64,000 bases of DNA from Octopus sinensis (lineage: Eukaryota). This document shows, one piece after another, positions 13,073-25,937 of the stretch (positions are counted from its first letter, which is position 1; each line of letters starts with the position of its first letter). The stretch is taken from positions 41,540,001 through 41,604,000 of the forward strand of contig NC_043015.1 of assembly GCF_006345805.1 (NCBI RefSeq), in the 5' to 3' direction. A program made the position numbers and the translations under genes. The notes beneath the pieces are model-generated. The model searched no databases. It was given only the letters and a program-made list of their open reading frames with translations, and was not told the origin of the DNA.

Positions 13073-14841
13073 TGTATAATATGTATATCATACATATGAT
13101 TGTGTGTATGTATATACGATATGTATGTGTATATCTTCTTTAGTGTGTTTGTATGATATGATCTATTTGTGCATGTGTGTGTGTGTGTGTGTGTTATGTT
13201 ATAGGTATGGGCTAGTTACCTAACGAACAATTAGCTGAAATACCAATCACCGTTGAAAAAGCAATCAGTCAGCAGAGCAGGAACAGTTAATTAGAGGACA
13301 GACAGGGCATTGTTGTTAACTGGACCAATACGTTGAGCAATTACCTTGATTGTCTGCTTGGTTCCAGCCCCAAATGTCACCAAATGTCTTTTGTTTATTC
13401 CAAAATGTCAAGTGAAGATAAAGAGGATCCACTTTAGACAATTGGAAAATTCTTTAGTTGTTGTGGCTCAAACATTCACACATTCACTTTGCTCGTCCAC
13501 CCACTCACCCACCTTGCTCACTCACTCACTCACCTTGCTCACTCACCTCACCCACTCACCATGCTCACTCACCTCGCTCACTCACTCACCTTGCCCACTC
13601 GCTCACTCACCTCGTCCACTCACTAGCTCACTCACCTCACCCATTCGCCCACTCACTCACCTCGCCCACTCACTCACCTCGCCCACTCACTCACCTTGCC
13701 CACTCACTCAACTCGCCCACTCACTCACTCACTCACTCGCCCACTCATTCACTCACTCACCTCGCCCACTCACTCACCTCGCTCACTCACTCACTCATCT
13801 CGCCCACTTACACTCATTCCTCCACTTTTTAAAGAAATTTCGTGATCATGAATGCAACATCTTAACCCCTTAGACTACACACATTCACCCACCCACTCAC
13901 CCACTCAGTGATGCTCATTTATAACCACCATGATGTCTAGACGAGGTTGCACACACACACACACACATACATGCATGGATGCACACACATGATGATGACG
14001 ATGGGGCTTATGCTAAGCCTACAGGATCTTAGAGTTGCAAAATGCTCTCCTTTGCATTAATCGGAGTTTACTTCGATCACTGGAATACTCTGCTAGCCAG
14101 GATCCAGCATGATGTGCTGATGAGAGTGATGGCCAGGATTATAATTATCCTCTCAATCAATATATGATGATGATGATATATTGTATATATATTTACAATT
14201 GAAAAATAGGATAAAATCTTTATAAGAATTTTATCAAGTAGTTAGCGTGAAAAACCTCATAAGGGAAAAATCCATCAATTATTCCTCTTAAATATATTTA
14301 TTTATGTTAAAACTACCAAAATAAATAAACACATTGTACCGAACTTGAGGGAATGCAACTCTCGAACTGAGCATTTTAAAAACAATTCAGCTGCATATCA
14401 TATGATTTCATAATTAGTGCACAAAATGCACTTTTTAATCATCAGTGCAAGCATAATTTAAGATACATAAAAATGAACAAAAACCAACATACCAGATGAA
14501 CACTATATGTATCCAGCATAGTACATAGAATTGTTCACACTTATATATCTATTTAAGAGGCGGGCTTTTCAAATTGCATCTCAGTACACGTGTTTATTCA
14601 GAATAAAATTCAGCACTGAATATATTCCGGTTAAATTTACAATTGAAAAATAGGATAAAATCTTTATGAGAATTTTATCAAGTAGTCAGCGTGAAAAACC
14701 TCATAAAGGAAAAATCCATCAATTATTCCTCTTAAATATATTTATTCATATTAAGGGCATTACTATACATAAATGCCTCACGCTAGGAGGGACTCTTACA
14801 GCCAAAACTACCATAATAAATATACTTGTTTGTTTTTTCAG

Positions 14842-14964
14842 CGCCAGTTGGTCTGAGTCACGTCAAGAGATTGAAACTCTCCAAGAAGAGCATGATCGTT
14901 TACTGATGCGCCACAATAAACTCCTCGAAGACTTCCAGGACAGGGAGACCCTATTTAAAGCTAA
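14842..14964 (+). CDS. GCC2: GCC2 exon 7
   Basis: tttcag/gttagt; ASWSESRQEIETLQEEHDRLLMRHNKLLEDFQDRETLFKA, cf. GCC2 LQSEHDTLLERHNKML; phase 2-2. Confidence 0.92.
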
Positions 14965-15111
14965 GTTAGTGTCTCTACATTTACCTTCTCCATGTCTGTG
15001 TGTCTAATTTTCTGCTTGTGTGTGTGTATATGTGCGATAGTCCTGGTTAATTATTTGAATTTGGAATGGTCTGAAGGTGACCGCTTAAAACAATGCACAG
15101 CTATTTATTGT

Positions 15112-15343
15112 AAGGCGGCAAGCTGGCAGAAACGTTAGCATGTCGGGCGAAATGCTTAGCGGTATTTCGTCTGCCGTTACGTTGTGAGTTCAAATTCCGC
15201 CGAGGTCGACTTTGCCTTTCATCCTTTCGGGGTCGATAAATTAAGTACCAATAACGCACTGGGGTCGATGTAATCGATTTAATCCCTTTGTCTGTCCTTG
15301 TTTGTCTCCTCTATGTTTAGCCCCTTGTGGGTAATAAAGAAAT
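15112..15343 (+). mobile_element. SINE family D, full copy
   Basis: GAGCTGGCAGAAACGTTAGC head, B box GAGTTCAAATTCC, central GTCGACTTTGCCTTTCATCCTTTCGGGGTCGATAAATTAAGTACC domain; other copies 1029..1266(-), 3015..3245, 35160..35330(-), 45060..45270, 45320..45540, 48170..48310, 52910..53040(-). Confidence 0.85.
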
Positions 15344-15373
15344 ATATTTATTGTATTTCGTTTTGTCTTTTAG

Positions 15374-15476
15374 CCTAGAAAACCTAAATAAGCAGAATTC
15401 CTCCAAGTCGATGGAACTGACCGAAACTATCCAACAGCTAACGTATCAGAATGAATTACTGACATCTCAATTCAAG
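15374..15476 (+). CDS. GCC2: GCC2 exon 8
   Basis: ttttag/gtagac; LENLNKQNSSKSMELTETIQQLTYQNELLTSQFK, cf. GCC2 TVSQLTSQNEVLRNSFR; phase 2 to 0. Confidence 0.9.
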
Positions 15477-15540
15477 GTAGACCATTCCCTCTTCAATTAT
15501 TTATTGCATCTTCTCTGTATAATATTTCTTTTTAAGACTA

Positions 15541-16108
15541 CGAGGGTGAGTCAAAAAGTAAGGCCATTTTGTGGAGGACAGGTATAATTACCAACACAGG
15601 AACATGTATCATACACCAAAATGAAGCTGGTCCTCTGTGGATCACATCCCTACTTCTCAACATAGTCACCGTTTCTCTCAATAGCAATGTTCCACCTTTG
15701 AATGAGAGCATGTTTCCCTGCCCTGTAAAATTCTGTTGACTGTTCTTTGAGCCACTTCTTCACTACAGTTTTCACTTCCTCATCATTGGAATAATTTAGC
15801 ATCTTCAGACTATCATCTCTTTGGCCCCATGAAAGAGGGTTTAAGAGGCAAACATTATTCCAGTGACGAGGAAGTGAAAATTGTAGTGAAGAAGTGGCTA
15901 AGAGAACAGACAACAGAATTTTACGGGGCAGGGATACATGCTCTCATTCGAAGGTGGAACATTGCTATTGAGAGAAACGGTGACTATGTTGAGAAGTAGA
16001 GATGGGATCCACAGAGGACCAGCTTCATTTTGATGTATGATACATGTTCCTGTGTTGGTAATTATACCTGTTCCAAACCAAATGGCATTACTTTTTGACT
16101 CACCCTTG
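15541..16108. mobile_element. mariner-derived palindromic MITE made of two inverted transposase 3' ends
   Basis: TA flanks, TIRs C(G/A)AGGGTGAGTCAAAAAGTAA; both strands encode ..DEEVK.VVKKWL.EQ.TEFY.AG.HALI.RWNIAIERNGDYVEK*. Confidence 0.88.
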
Positions 16109-16722
16109 TATTTCTCCTTCATTTTTGCATTGGGTCTTCTAATTTATATATATATATATTATATTTTGTGAAATTTGATTTAGTATTTCTAAATTGAATT
16201 TTTCCCTGTAAGTTTGGAATAATATTCCCTAATATTATTATTACACACACACATATATAATAACAAAAAAAGTAGAACAGAGTTAGCAAGTCTTTTTACT
16301 TGCTCAATTTACAAGTGTTTCATCATGTATCTATGTATGTATGTATATATATATATATATATATACCAACACAAACACCATCCGAGCGTGGCCGTTTGCC
16401 AGCCTCGTCTGGCACCTGTGTCGGTGGCACATAAAAACACCATCCGAGCGTGGCCGTCTGCCAGCCTTGTCTGGCACCTGTGTCGGTGGCACATAAAATC
16501 ACCCACTACACTCTCGGAGTGGTTGGCGTTAGGAAGGGCATCCAGCTGTAGAAACACTGCCAGATCTGACTGGCCTGGTGCAGCCTTTGAGCTTGCCAGA
16601 CCCCAGTTGAACCGTTCAACCCATGCTAGCATGGAAAGCGGACGTTAAACGATGATGATGATGATATATATATATATGTTTATTTTTCTCTCCTTGTTTC
16701 TCTCCTTGTTTTTTCTGTGTCC

Positions 16723-16758
16723 CTTTCTGTAGAAGAGCGTAGGCTCGAAATATAAAAG
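16723..16758 (+). ncRNA. hammerhead-like motif, variant-core family (copy within repeat ~16680..16830)
   Basis: CUUU-CUGUAGA-A-GAGC(GUAG)GCUC-GAA-AUAU-A-AAAG. Confidence 0.55.
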
Positions 16759-16845
16759 ACTTTTTCTATTCCTGAGCATTATACTAATACATCTGTTTGT
16801 TGTCTACACCACCTGTCTTTGTCTTTTGTTTTTTTCGTAAACTCT

Positions 16846-16894
<49 letters not shown>

Positions 16895-16951
16895 TATATA
16901 TATATATATACACATATATATATAATGTATTTTTACTTTTATCTCTTTCAG

Positions 16952-17212
16952 GATCAGATAAAGTTTCTTAAGGTGGACCACAATAAAACTCTTGCTTTGC
17001 TCCATAACCAGACGGAATCAAATGAGAAAGAAATCTACCGTCTTCAGAAAGAACTCCAGCAGCAGCAGCAGCAACAGCAGCTGCAGTTGCCGCTTCAGCC
17101 ATCCACGGCAACTGTACAGTATGTTAGTAAACCACCAGACCGTGACCCCAGTGATTCACCTTCTGACTTATCTTCTGACATTCTTCGACATGAAGAACGG
17201 CAACAGGGCGAG
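16952..17212 (+). CDS. GCC2: GCC2 exon 9 (contains a short polyQ)
   Basis: tttcag/gtgagt; DQIKFLKVDHNKTLALL...QQQQQQQLQ...RHEERQQGE, cf. GCC2 DQVRHLQEEHRKTVETL and REEGE; 261 nt, phase 0-0. Confidence 0.9.
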
Positions 17213-18499
17213 GTGAGTCTCAATATTACCAGACCCCTTTCACCCCCCCCTCTCTCTCTCCCTCTCTGTCCCTCTTCTTTCACTTTCTCCTTATCCTTCT
17301 CTCTCTTTCTTTTGCTTTTGCGCTCTCTCTCTATATATATATCTATGCCTCTCTCTCTCTCTATCCCTCTCTCTTCTTTCACCTTCATCTCTCTCTTCCC
17401 TCCATCTCTACCTTTCTCACTCGTCCCCCTCCTCCCTCAATGTCTTCCCTCCTCCCCCTCACAGTCTCCCCTCCCAGTCTCCCCTCCTCCCTCACTGTCT
17501 CCCCCTCCTCCCTCACTGTCTCCCCCTCCTCTCACCGTTTCCATCCTCCCCCACCATCTCCCTCCTCCCTCACTGTCTCCCTCTCCTCCCATGCCCATTC
17601 CCCCTCGCCCCTCTCTCTTTCCATAAAGAAAATTTTGAAATTGTGTTTGTTTTGAGGATTTTAAAATACTAAAATATGAAGTCCAGAACATTGGCAAATA
17701 ATAATAATAATAATAATGATAATAATAATATAATAATAATAATAATAATGTGGGTGGCAGTAGTGATTGAGTTGATGATAATGATGATCAAAGTGCTGCT
17801 GATGATGTAGGTGGTGGTGGAGATGATGACAGTGATGATGATGATGATGACCAGGGGGCAGTGTGTTGTGCATAATTGGCCAAGAATTGGAAAGTGATGG
17901 GTCATCCATTTACTTATTTTTAGCTTGTTCCCTTTTAAAGTTGGAGATGCCTCTTCCCTAACTCCAATTATTCTCCAGAGTGTACTGGGTGCATTTTGTC
18001 ATAGTGCCAGCAGTTAAGAAGCCACGCCTTTGACAAAACTAAGGGCTTCTCTCAACCCCCACGAGTGCTGGGGTTTCAAAAGCACACATCCTGGTTTATG
18101 TTTATGTAGCACCAGCACTGGTGGGGTTGTCATGTTTCTGACAAGATTAGGGGTCATCTAGATTCCTTCCTCCTATTTGAGTACACTCAAGGCAATTTAT
18201 TGTGACACCTGTGCAATAAAGAATTGAGGTGAGAGTGTGAGGGATAGCAAGAGGTAGATCAGTGTGGAGGGTGGGGGGGTCGTATAATTATTTTTAATCA
18301 ACTTTATATTACTCTGTTAATTAGTTATATTAAAACTCTAACTTAAAGTGGTTGTGTGGTAAGAGGTTTGGTTCCCAACCATATGGTTCTGGGTTCAGTC
18401 CCACTGCGTGGCATCTTGGGCTCATGTCTTCTTTTATAGCCCTAGGCTGACCAAAGCCTTGTCAGTGGATGTGGTAGACGGAAGCTGAAATAAGCCTGT

Positions 18500-18511
18500 C
18501 ATGTATGTATG

Positions 18512-18549
<38 letters not shown>

Positions 18550-18989
18550 TACATATATGTATGTATACATATGTATGTATACATATATGTATGTATACAT
18601 ATGTATGTATGTGTATATATATATATGTGTGTGTATATATGTGTATATATATATATGTATATGTATATATGTATATGTATATATGTATATATGTATATGT
18701 ATATATGCATACGTATTTATGCATACATATGTATGTATACGTATGTATACATATGTATGTATATGTATGTATGTATGTATACATGTATGTATACGTATGT
18801 ATGTATACATATACATGTATGCATATATGTATGTATATGTATGTATGTACGTATATGTACGTATACATGTATGTATACATATATGTATGTATACATATAC
18901 ATGTATTCATACATATATGTATATGTATGCATATATATGTATATGCATGTATACATACATGCATATGTATGTATACATACATATGTATG

Positions 18990-19042
<53 letters not shown>
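18500..19042. repeat. (TA/TG/TAC) microsatellite expansion following a SINE-A head
   Basis: direct reading. Confidence 0.95.
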
Positions 19043-19046
<4 letters not shown>

Positions 19047-20530
19047 AATTTGTATCTTTGTGGTACCAGTGCCTGTGGCACACAAGAAAACCATCCGAAC
19101 GTGGCCGTAGCCAGTACCGCATCGACTGGCCTCCGTGCTGTGGGAACATAGTGGCACATAAAAACACCATCCGAAGACCCGGCAAGACTAGTCAGGTCAT
19201 AACCCGTGGGCCCTACCTGGGACGTAGTCAGTCCACCTGTACATACCTTCCTTCTTGTGACACTTGTGAAGACCTGTTGAGGCAAGTGAAAATCAAAACA
19301 AATCAAAATAGATGAACATCAATGGAATTTGTATCTTTGTGGTACCAGTGCCGGTGGCACACAAGAATCCATCCGAACGTGGCCGTAGTCAGTACCGCAT
19401 CACTGGCCATCGTGCTGTGGGCACATAACAAACACCATCCGGTCGTGGCCGTTCGCCAGCCTCATCTAGCACCTGTGTCGGTGGCACATAAAAACACCAT
19501 CCGAAGACCCGGCAAGACTAGTCAGGCATAAACCATGGCCCCTACCTGGACGTAGTCAGACCACCTGTGCATACCTTCCTCCTTGTGATACTTGTGAAGG
19601 CCTGTTGAGGCAAGTGAAAATCAAAATCAAAATCAAATCAAAACAAATCAAAATAGATGAACATCAATGGAATTTGTATCTTGTGGTACCAGTGCCGGTG
19701 GCACACAAGAGAAAACCATCCGAAAGTGGCCGTAGCCAGTACCGCATCGACTGGCTCCGTGCTGTGGGCACATCGAAAGTGGCCGTAGCCAGTACCGCAT
19801 CGACTGGCCTCCGTGCTGTGGGCACATGACAAACACCATCCGATCATGGCCGTTCGCCAGCCTCATCTAGCACCTGTGTCGGTGGCACATAAAAACACCA
19901 TCCGAAGACCGGCAAGACTAGTCAGGCCATAACCCATGGCCCCTACCTGGGACGTAGTCAGTCCACCTGTGCATACCTTCCTTCTTGTGACACTTGTGAA
20001 GACCTGTTGAGGCAAGTGAAAATCAAATCAAAACAAATCAAAATAGATGAACATCAATGGAATTGTATCTTTGTGGTACCAGTGCCAGTGGCACGTGGCA
20101 CACAATAAAACCATCCGAACGTGGCCGTAGCCAGTACCGCATCGACTGGCCTCCGTGCTGTGGGCACGTAACAAGCACCATCCGATCGTGGCCGTTCGCC
20201 AGCCTCATCTGGCACCTGTGTCGGTGGCACATAAAAACACCATCCGAGCGTGGCCGTCTGCCAGCCTCGTCTGGCACCTGTGTCGGTGGCACATAAAAAC
20301 ACCATCCGAGCGTGGCCGTTTGCCAGCCTCGTCTGGCACCTGTGTCGGTGGCACATAAAATCACCACTACACTCTCGGAGTGGTTGGCGTTAGGAAGGGC
20401 ATCCAGCTGTAGAAACACTGCCAGATCTGACTGGACTGGTGCAGCTTTCGGGCTCCCCAGACCCCAGTTGAACCGTCCAACCCATGCTAGCATGGAAAGC
20501 GGACGTTAAATGATGATGATGATGATGATA
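19043..20530 (+). repeat. family B composite element: higher-order tandem array ending in a SINE-like (GAT)n tail
   Basis: units start at 19043, 19322, 19667, 20057, each built from ~60-bp GGCACATAAAAACACCATCCGA-type monomers; terminal AGGAAGGGCATCCAGCTGTAGAAA...GCATGGAAAGCGGACGTTAAA(TGA)n. Confidence 0.85.
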
Positions 20531-21551
20531 TATATATACACACGTGTGTGTGTGTGCCTGTATTTGTCTTTGTGTTTGGTGCCGGTGTCTTTACTTCCCT
20601 GTAACTTAGCAGTTTGACAAAAGAGACCGATAGAGTGAGTGCCAGAGTCAAGATAAAATCATGGTCTGGGGGTTGATCCGTTTGACCGATATTCTTCAAG
20701 ACAGTGCCCCAGCATGGCCACAGCCTAATGGCAGAAATGAGTAAAAAATAAAGACTGAGTATACTAGCTTCTGTAGTACTAAAGAAAGATGGAGACAGAA
20801 AACAAATGCCATTATTATAGCATTGGAAGAAGAAGAAGAGGAAATAGAAGAAAAATAGAAGAAAATGGAGAAGAAGAAGAAGTAGATGAAGGAGAAGAAG
20901 AAGAAAAAGAAGAAGAAGAAGAAGAACAAGGAGAAGAAATAGGAGAAGAAGAAGAAGAAATAGAAAAAGAAAAAGAAGTAGGAGAAGAAGAAGAAAAGGA
21001 GAAGAAGAACAAGGAGAAGGAGGTTTTGGTGTGTGGGAATTTTCTCTGACAGGCACAAAAATGAAAGAAGACAATTGTATTATGGCTTCATCTTGCCATG
21101 TTGGTTTCTAAGTTTGGTCTGTTCCATTGACATGTGTCTTGTAAGGAGATGGATTTGGATGTCACCAAACGGAAGCCAAGTGTGAGGATGAGGCTGGGCT
21201 TGACTGTGAGGGAGGGTGGGCTTGACAGGGAGGTAGGGAAGTGTTTGGTTGTGGTGTTCACTGGCAAGGTTTCCCTCCTGAAGTCCTGCCGTTTGGAATG
21301 GATGGGATGTTCTCTGCTGACAGGTGAATGGACGAACGAACGAACATGTATTCTGACTGCGAATGACACGGTGTGGCAGCAGAATGTGTACAAATGTGTG
21401 TGTATAAATGTATGTGTATATGTGTGAATATATATATATTTGTGTGTGTATATATATATAAACGTGCATGCACACCTGTATGTATATATATGTGTGAATA
21501 TATATATGTATATATATTGTGTGTGTGTGTGTGTGTATATATTTACATATA

Positions 21552-21597
<46 letters not shown>

Positions 21598-24359
21598 TTA
21601 TCTATCCATACACACACATGATTATCTACAGGTATCTGTTTTATACTCTGTGTGAGTGTGTATATGTGTGTGTAGATACATATATGCATGTGTGTGTGTA
21701 TACACACTCACACACATACATATAGGCATTCTCTCGTACACACACACGGATATCCCCACTGACACATGCCTGTCTCACCCATACTCACTGCACACCCACC
21801 CACCTGCTCCTCCTCCTCCCGATTCCACTTTTGCACACAAAAACCCAATAAGAAAGAAGTCTCTGTGTGAAGCTGGACACGGATTCTTCTATGTCATTAC
21901 AGTTGTTGCTTTACTTGTTCTTTCTGCCTGCACTCATACTCCTACCTCCGCCCACTCTTCACCCTCTTCCCACTTTTCACCCTCTCTTCCTCCCACTCTT
22001 CGCCACTTCCTCCTTCCTCTCATCACTCTTTCTTCCTCCCACTCTTCGCCACTTCCTCCTTCCTCTCATCACTTTCTTCCTCCCACTCTTCTCTCTCTTC
22101 CTTCCTGCTCATCAGCTCCTTCCTCCCACTCTTCTAACTCTTCCTTCCACTCTTCTCTCTCTTCCTTCTACTCTTCTTCCTTTCTTCTAATCACTCTTTT
22201 TCTCCCACTCTTCGCCCACTTCCTCCTTCCTCTCATCACTCTTTCTTCCTCCCACTCTTCTAACTCTTCCTTCCACTCTTCTCTCTTCCTCCTTCCTGCT
22301 CATCAGCTCCTTCCTCCCACTCTTCTACCTATTCCTCCTTCCTCTCATCACTTTCTTCCTCCCACTCTTCGCCCTCTTCCTCCCCCCTCCAACAATTTGC
22401 TCGAATCCTTTACAAACCAATTCATGGAGTGTTATTCGTGTTGTATAAAAATTAACAGTTCGAAACAATGGTTTTTACCAAAAGGTAGCACACGCTTCCC
22501 TCCTCTCTGATACCTAATGCTACGTTTAGTTCCCTATATACTTACTCTTTTATCCTATTACTGATTGTGGCGATTGAATTGTGATCTTGCTGGGCCACTG
22601 CCTTCGAGTCTATGAGCTTATATCACCTGCATAACCTGGTACTTGACTTATCAACCATTACCGTATTTTCTGGCATACAAGTCGAATTTTGCAGACCAAA
22701 ATTTGCAGCCAGAAATAAGCAGGTCGATTTATACACTAAAATGGCCAGCAGAACCAGAAGTTCCACGTGAAATGCAGCAAGATTCGGAAAGATAGCCATA
22801 ATATTTGAATTTTTAAGCTATATACTGCTGTGACTTATATGTTGGTAGTTATAGGATGGCTAAAATGTTCAACTGAGTTATGTCCCTTTACCGAGTTACC
22901 TCCCCTCTATGAACTTTATTACCCCATTTTAAAAATCTTTTTGTTTTTGATCCCCGAGTTTTGTGTTGGATCAATTCAGTTCCTTGATCAACTGAGTTAC
23001 TTATTTACGTCTGAAAAATTCTGGAGGGTTTTTGATTCTGGCAATTATGCCCCCCTTTGCATTTGCAATTGCCACTGGGTGTTTTATTTACCTTCTCTGA
23101 AAACAGAGGTATTTTTCGATAAATAAAGATTTAAGATTTATATAGTGTTTAATATAACTTTATTTGTCTTTGCTTTCTGAATTTATGTCGGTGGCCTCTC
23201 TCAGTTCATTCTGTTAGCTCGTTTTCGTACACACATCATCATCATCGTTTAACGTCCACTTTCCATGCTAGCATGAGTTGGACGATTTGACTGAGGCCTG
23301 GCAAACCAGATGGCTGTACCAGGCTCCAATCTTGATCTGGCAGAGTTTCTGCAGCTGGATGCCCTTCCTAACACCAACCACTCCGAGAGTGTACTGGGTG
23401 CGTTTACGTGCCACCGGCACAAGGGTCAGTCAGACGGTACTGGCAACGGCCATGCTCAAATGGTGCTTTTTTTACGTGCCACTTGCACAGGAGCCAGTCC
23501 AGCGGCACTAGCAACGACCTCACTCGAATGTTTTTTTTTACGTGCCACCAGTTCAAGTGCTAGTAAGGCGATGCAGGTAATGATAATGCTTGAATGGGGT
23601 TTTTTACGTTCTCCCAGCACACACACACGCACATTACTTTCATCATCACCATCATCATCAATATTTAACCTCTACCTTTCATGCTGGCATGGGTTAGATG
23701 GCTTGACATGATCTGGTAAGCCAGAGGACCACACAAAGCGCTTTTTTTTTTGGCATGGATTCCCTTTCTAATGCCAACTGCTTTACACTGTGTCCCAGGT
23801 GCTTTTTACATGGCTTTGGCACCAACAGTGTCACCAAATAAATAGCAACCCCCCCCCATCTCACTTTAGCTGGGGGGTGTAGTATATAGCATTGGATTCG
23901 ATCCTGCATTTTGCCACATATGTATCTCAAACTGCTGTTAAGCCATAGTTTGATCATTTGCACAAACCGAGATTTTATCCAGTGAATGGCGCCACTCAAA
24001 ACGCCTCCAGTCCACACTGTAAAGTGGTTGGCATTTGGAAAGGCATCCAGCTGTAAAAACCATGGTATAACTGACCTCACCTTTCCAATGCACAAAAAAA
24101 AAAAGGGATCTGTTACAGTAGTTTTGAGATGACTGGTGGCTTTATGCCAGGGATGAAAGGTCAGATTAGTCTTGCGGAAGAGATGCAAGGGTACATTTGC
24201 TGGGGAGAGAGGAGGGCTAGGACATTACACACACACACACATACATACATACATGATTTCAAACAATTAAACATCGTTATCATTAACTGTAGAAAATTAT
24301 TTCCTTTTCTTCATTTTCATTTTTTGAAAATTACTTTTATTTTTTCCGTTTCTTTGTAG

Positions 24360-24395
24360 GGTATGGAGTTTGTTGACACGGAATCCTTCCATCGG
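24360..24395 (+). CDS. GCC2: GCC2 exon 10 (36-nt mini-exon)
   Basis: long polypyrimidine tract + tgtag, gtaaga donor; GMEFVDTESFHR, cf. GCC2 GMETTDTES. Confidence 0.85.
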
Positions 24396-25094
24396 GTAAG
24401 AAATAGTTTCTCAGTTTTCTTTGATTCCATTCTCTGAAACAACTTCTCCATTCATTAATCCTTCATTCATTAGTCCTTACCATTCCTTTATTTATTTGTT
24501 TATTCATCCAGATTTATATCTTTCTTTTTTTTACCCTATTTCTATCTTTTATGTTTTAGTCATTAGACTGTGGCCATGCTGGGGCATTGTCCTGAGGGGC
24601 TTCATCGAACAAATTCACCCCAGTATTTATTCTATCAGTCTCGTTTACCAAATTGCTAAGTTATAGGGACGTAAACAAACCAACACCAGTTATCAAGGCT
24701 TCCCTTCAGTTACCCTCTAGCAAATCCACTTACAGAACTTTGGTCAGCCCAGCACTATAATAGAAGACATTTGCCCATGGTGCCACTGAGCCTTATTTTG
24801 GGGATCAACAAAATAAATACCAGTTGGGTACCTCCTCCCCTGAAGTTGCTGGCTTTGTGCCAAAATCTGAAACCATTATTATTATTCAATGAGCTGGTAT
24901 TGAACAAAATGCAGCATTTTCCCAGCTCTTTATATTCTGGGTTCAAGTCCTGCTGAGACCAAGTTTCTTTTTTATTCTCTCAGGGTTAATCAAATAAGAA
25001 CCAGTTAAGCACTAGAGTCAATTTAATCAACTTAACCATGTCTCCTAAAATTGCTGCCCTTGGGGCAAAATCTGAAACCATTATTATTATTATT

Positions 25095-25653
25095 GCGTGA
25101 GAGAGCAATGCATGCCATCAAAGTGACATTGGAGTAAAATATACGAAGCCCAGTATACCCGTCATGACTATCCGTTTGATAAGGGTACACCAGACACGTG
25201 CATCACAACCATATGTGTGCGACATGGTGATCTGCTATCAAGATAAACAGCACATGACCTTGCAGGTGGGACCCAGTTAGAATTTTTCCTTCATGTCGAG
25301 TAGCCCATCCCATTCAAAAGGTCCCTGAATAAGGGTTGTTTTTTAAGGATGTTGAACGAACCACCCATGTTTCCAGAGGTGAATTATTAAAACCCCAAAG
25401 AATCCCTCTCAGCACATGGCTATGATGCTCCCCCACTACTTCTGCTCGTGATCAGAGATGCACATATCATCAGCCACTAAGGGACATGCTCAACTGGTTA
25501 AGGTCAAACAACAGACAAGCAAATCTGTGGTATTGAGCAGAATATTTGCTGTAGCCCATCTTTTATACCAAGACAAAACAATGTACATGATAACACTTCC
25601 AATCAGTTAAGACCAGAAGCCATGAGAGCCACTGCCTGGTACTGCATCTGGGC
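25095..25653. repeat. family C copy
   Basis: colinear with 1838..2385. Confidence 0.85.
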
Positions 25654-25903
25654 TGCTGTCCCCCTCCTCCTCCTCTTATATTGTTGTTGTTGGTGTTGTT
25701 GTTGTTGCTGCTGCTGCCGCCGCCGCTGCCAGCATGGAAAGCAGACAATAAATGATGATGTGTTTGTGTATATATATATATGTGTGTGTGTATAAGCACA
25801 TATATATATTTGTGTGTGTATGTATGTATGTATATATCATTATCATTCAATGTCTGTGTTTGTATGTGGGTATCATATACACACTTATGCATATATGTGC
25901 ATG

Positions 25904-25937
<34 letters not shown>

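Noticed and set aside
14191-14750. ~115-bp direct repeats (14191 and 14636) as LTR or pLTR ends
   Set aside because: Real direct repeat, but no TSD, primer-binding site or convincing ribozyme between them; left unclassified.
17213-17626. Proline/serine-rich extension of ORF 16925..17626
   Set aside because: Read-through past the strong GTGAGT donor at 17213 into an intronic CT-rich repeat.
19043-20530. Regularly spaced repeats superficially resembling a CRISPR array (also 59151..59931)
   Set aside because: Units are contiguous tandem copies without unique spacers, in a eukaryotic intron, with no cas genes.
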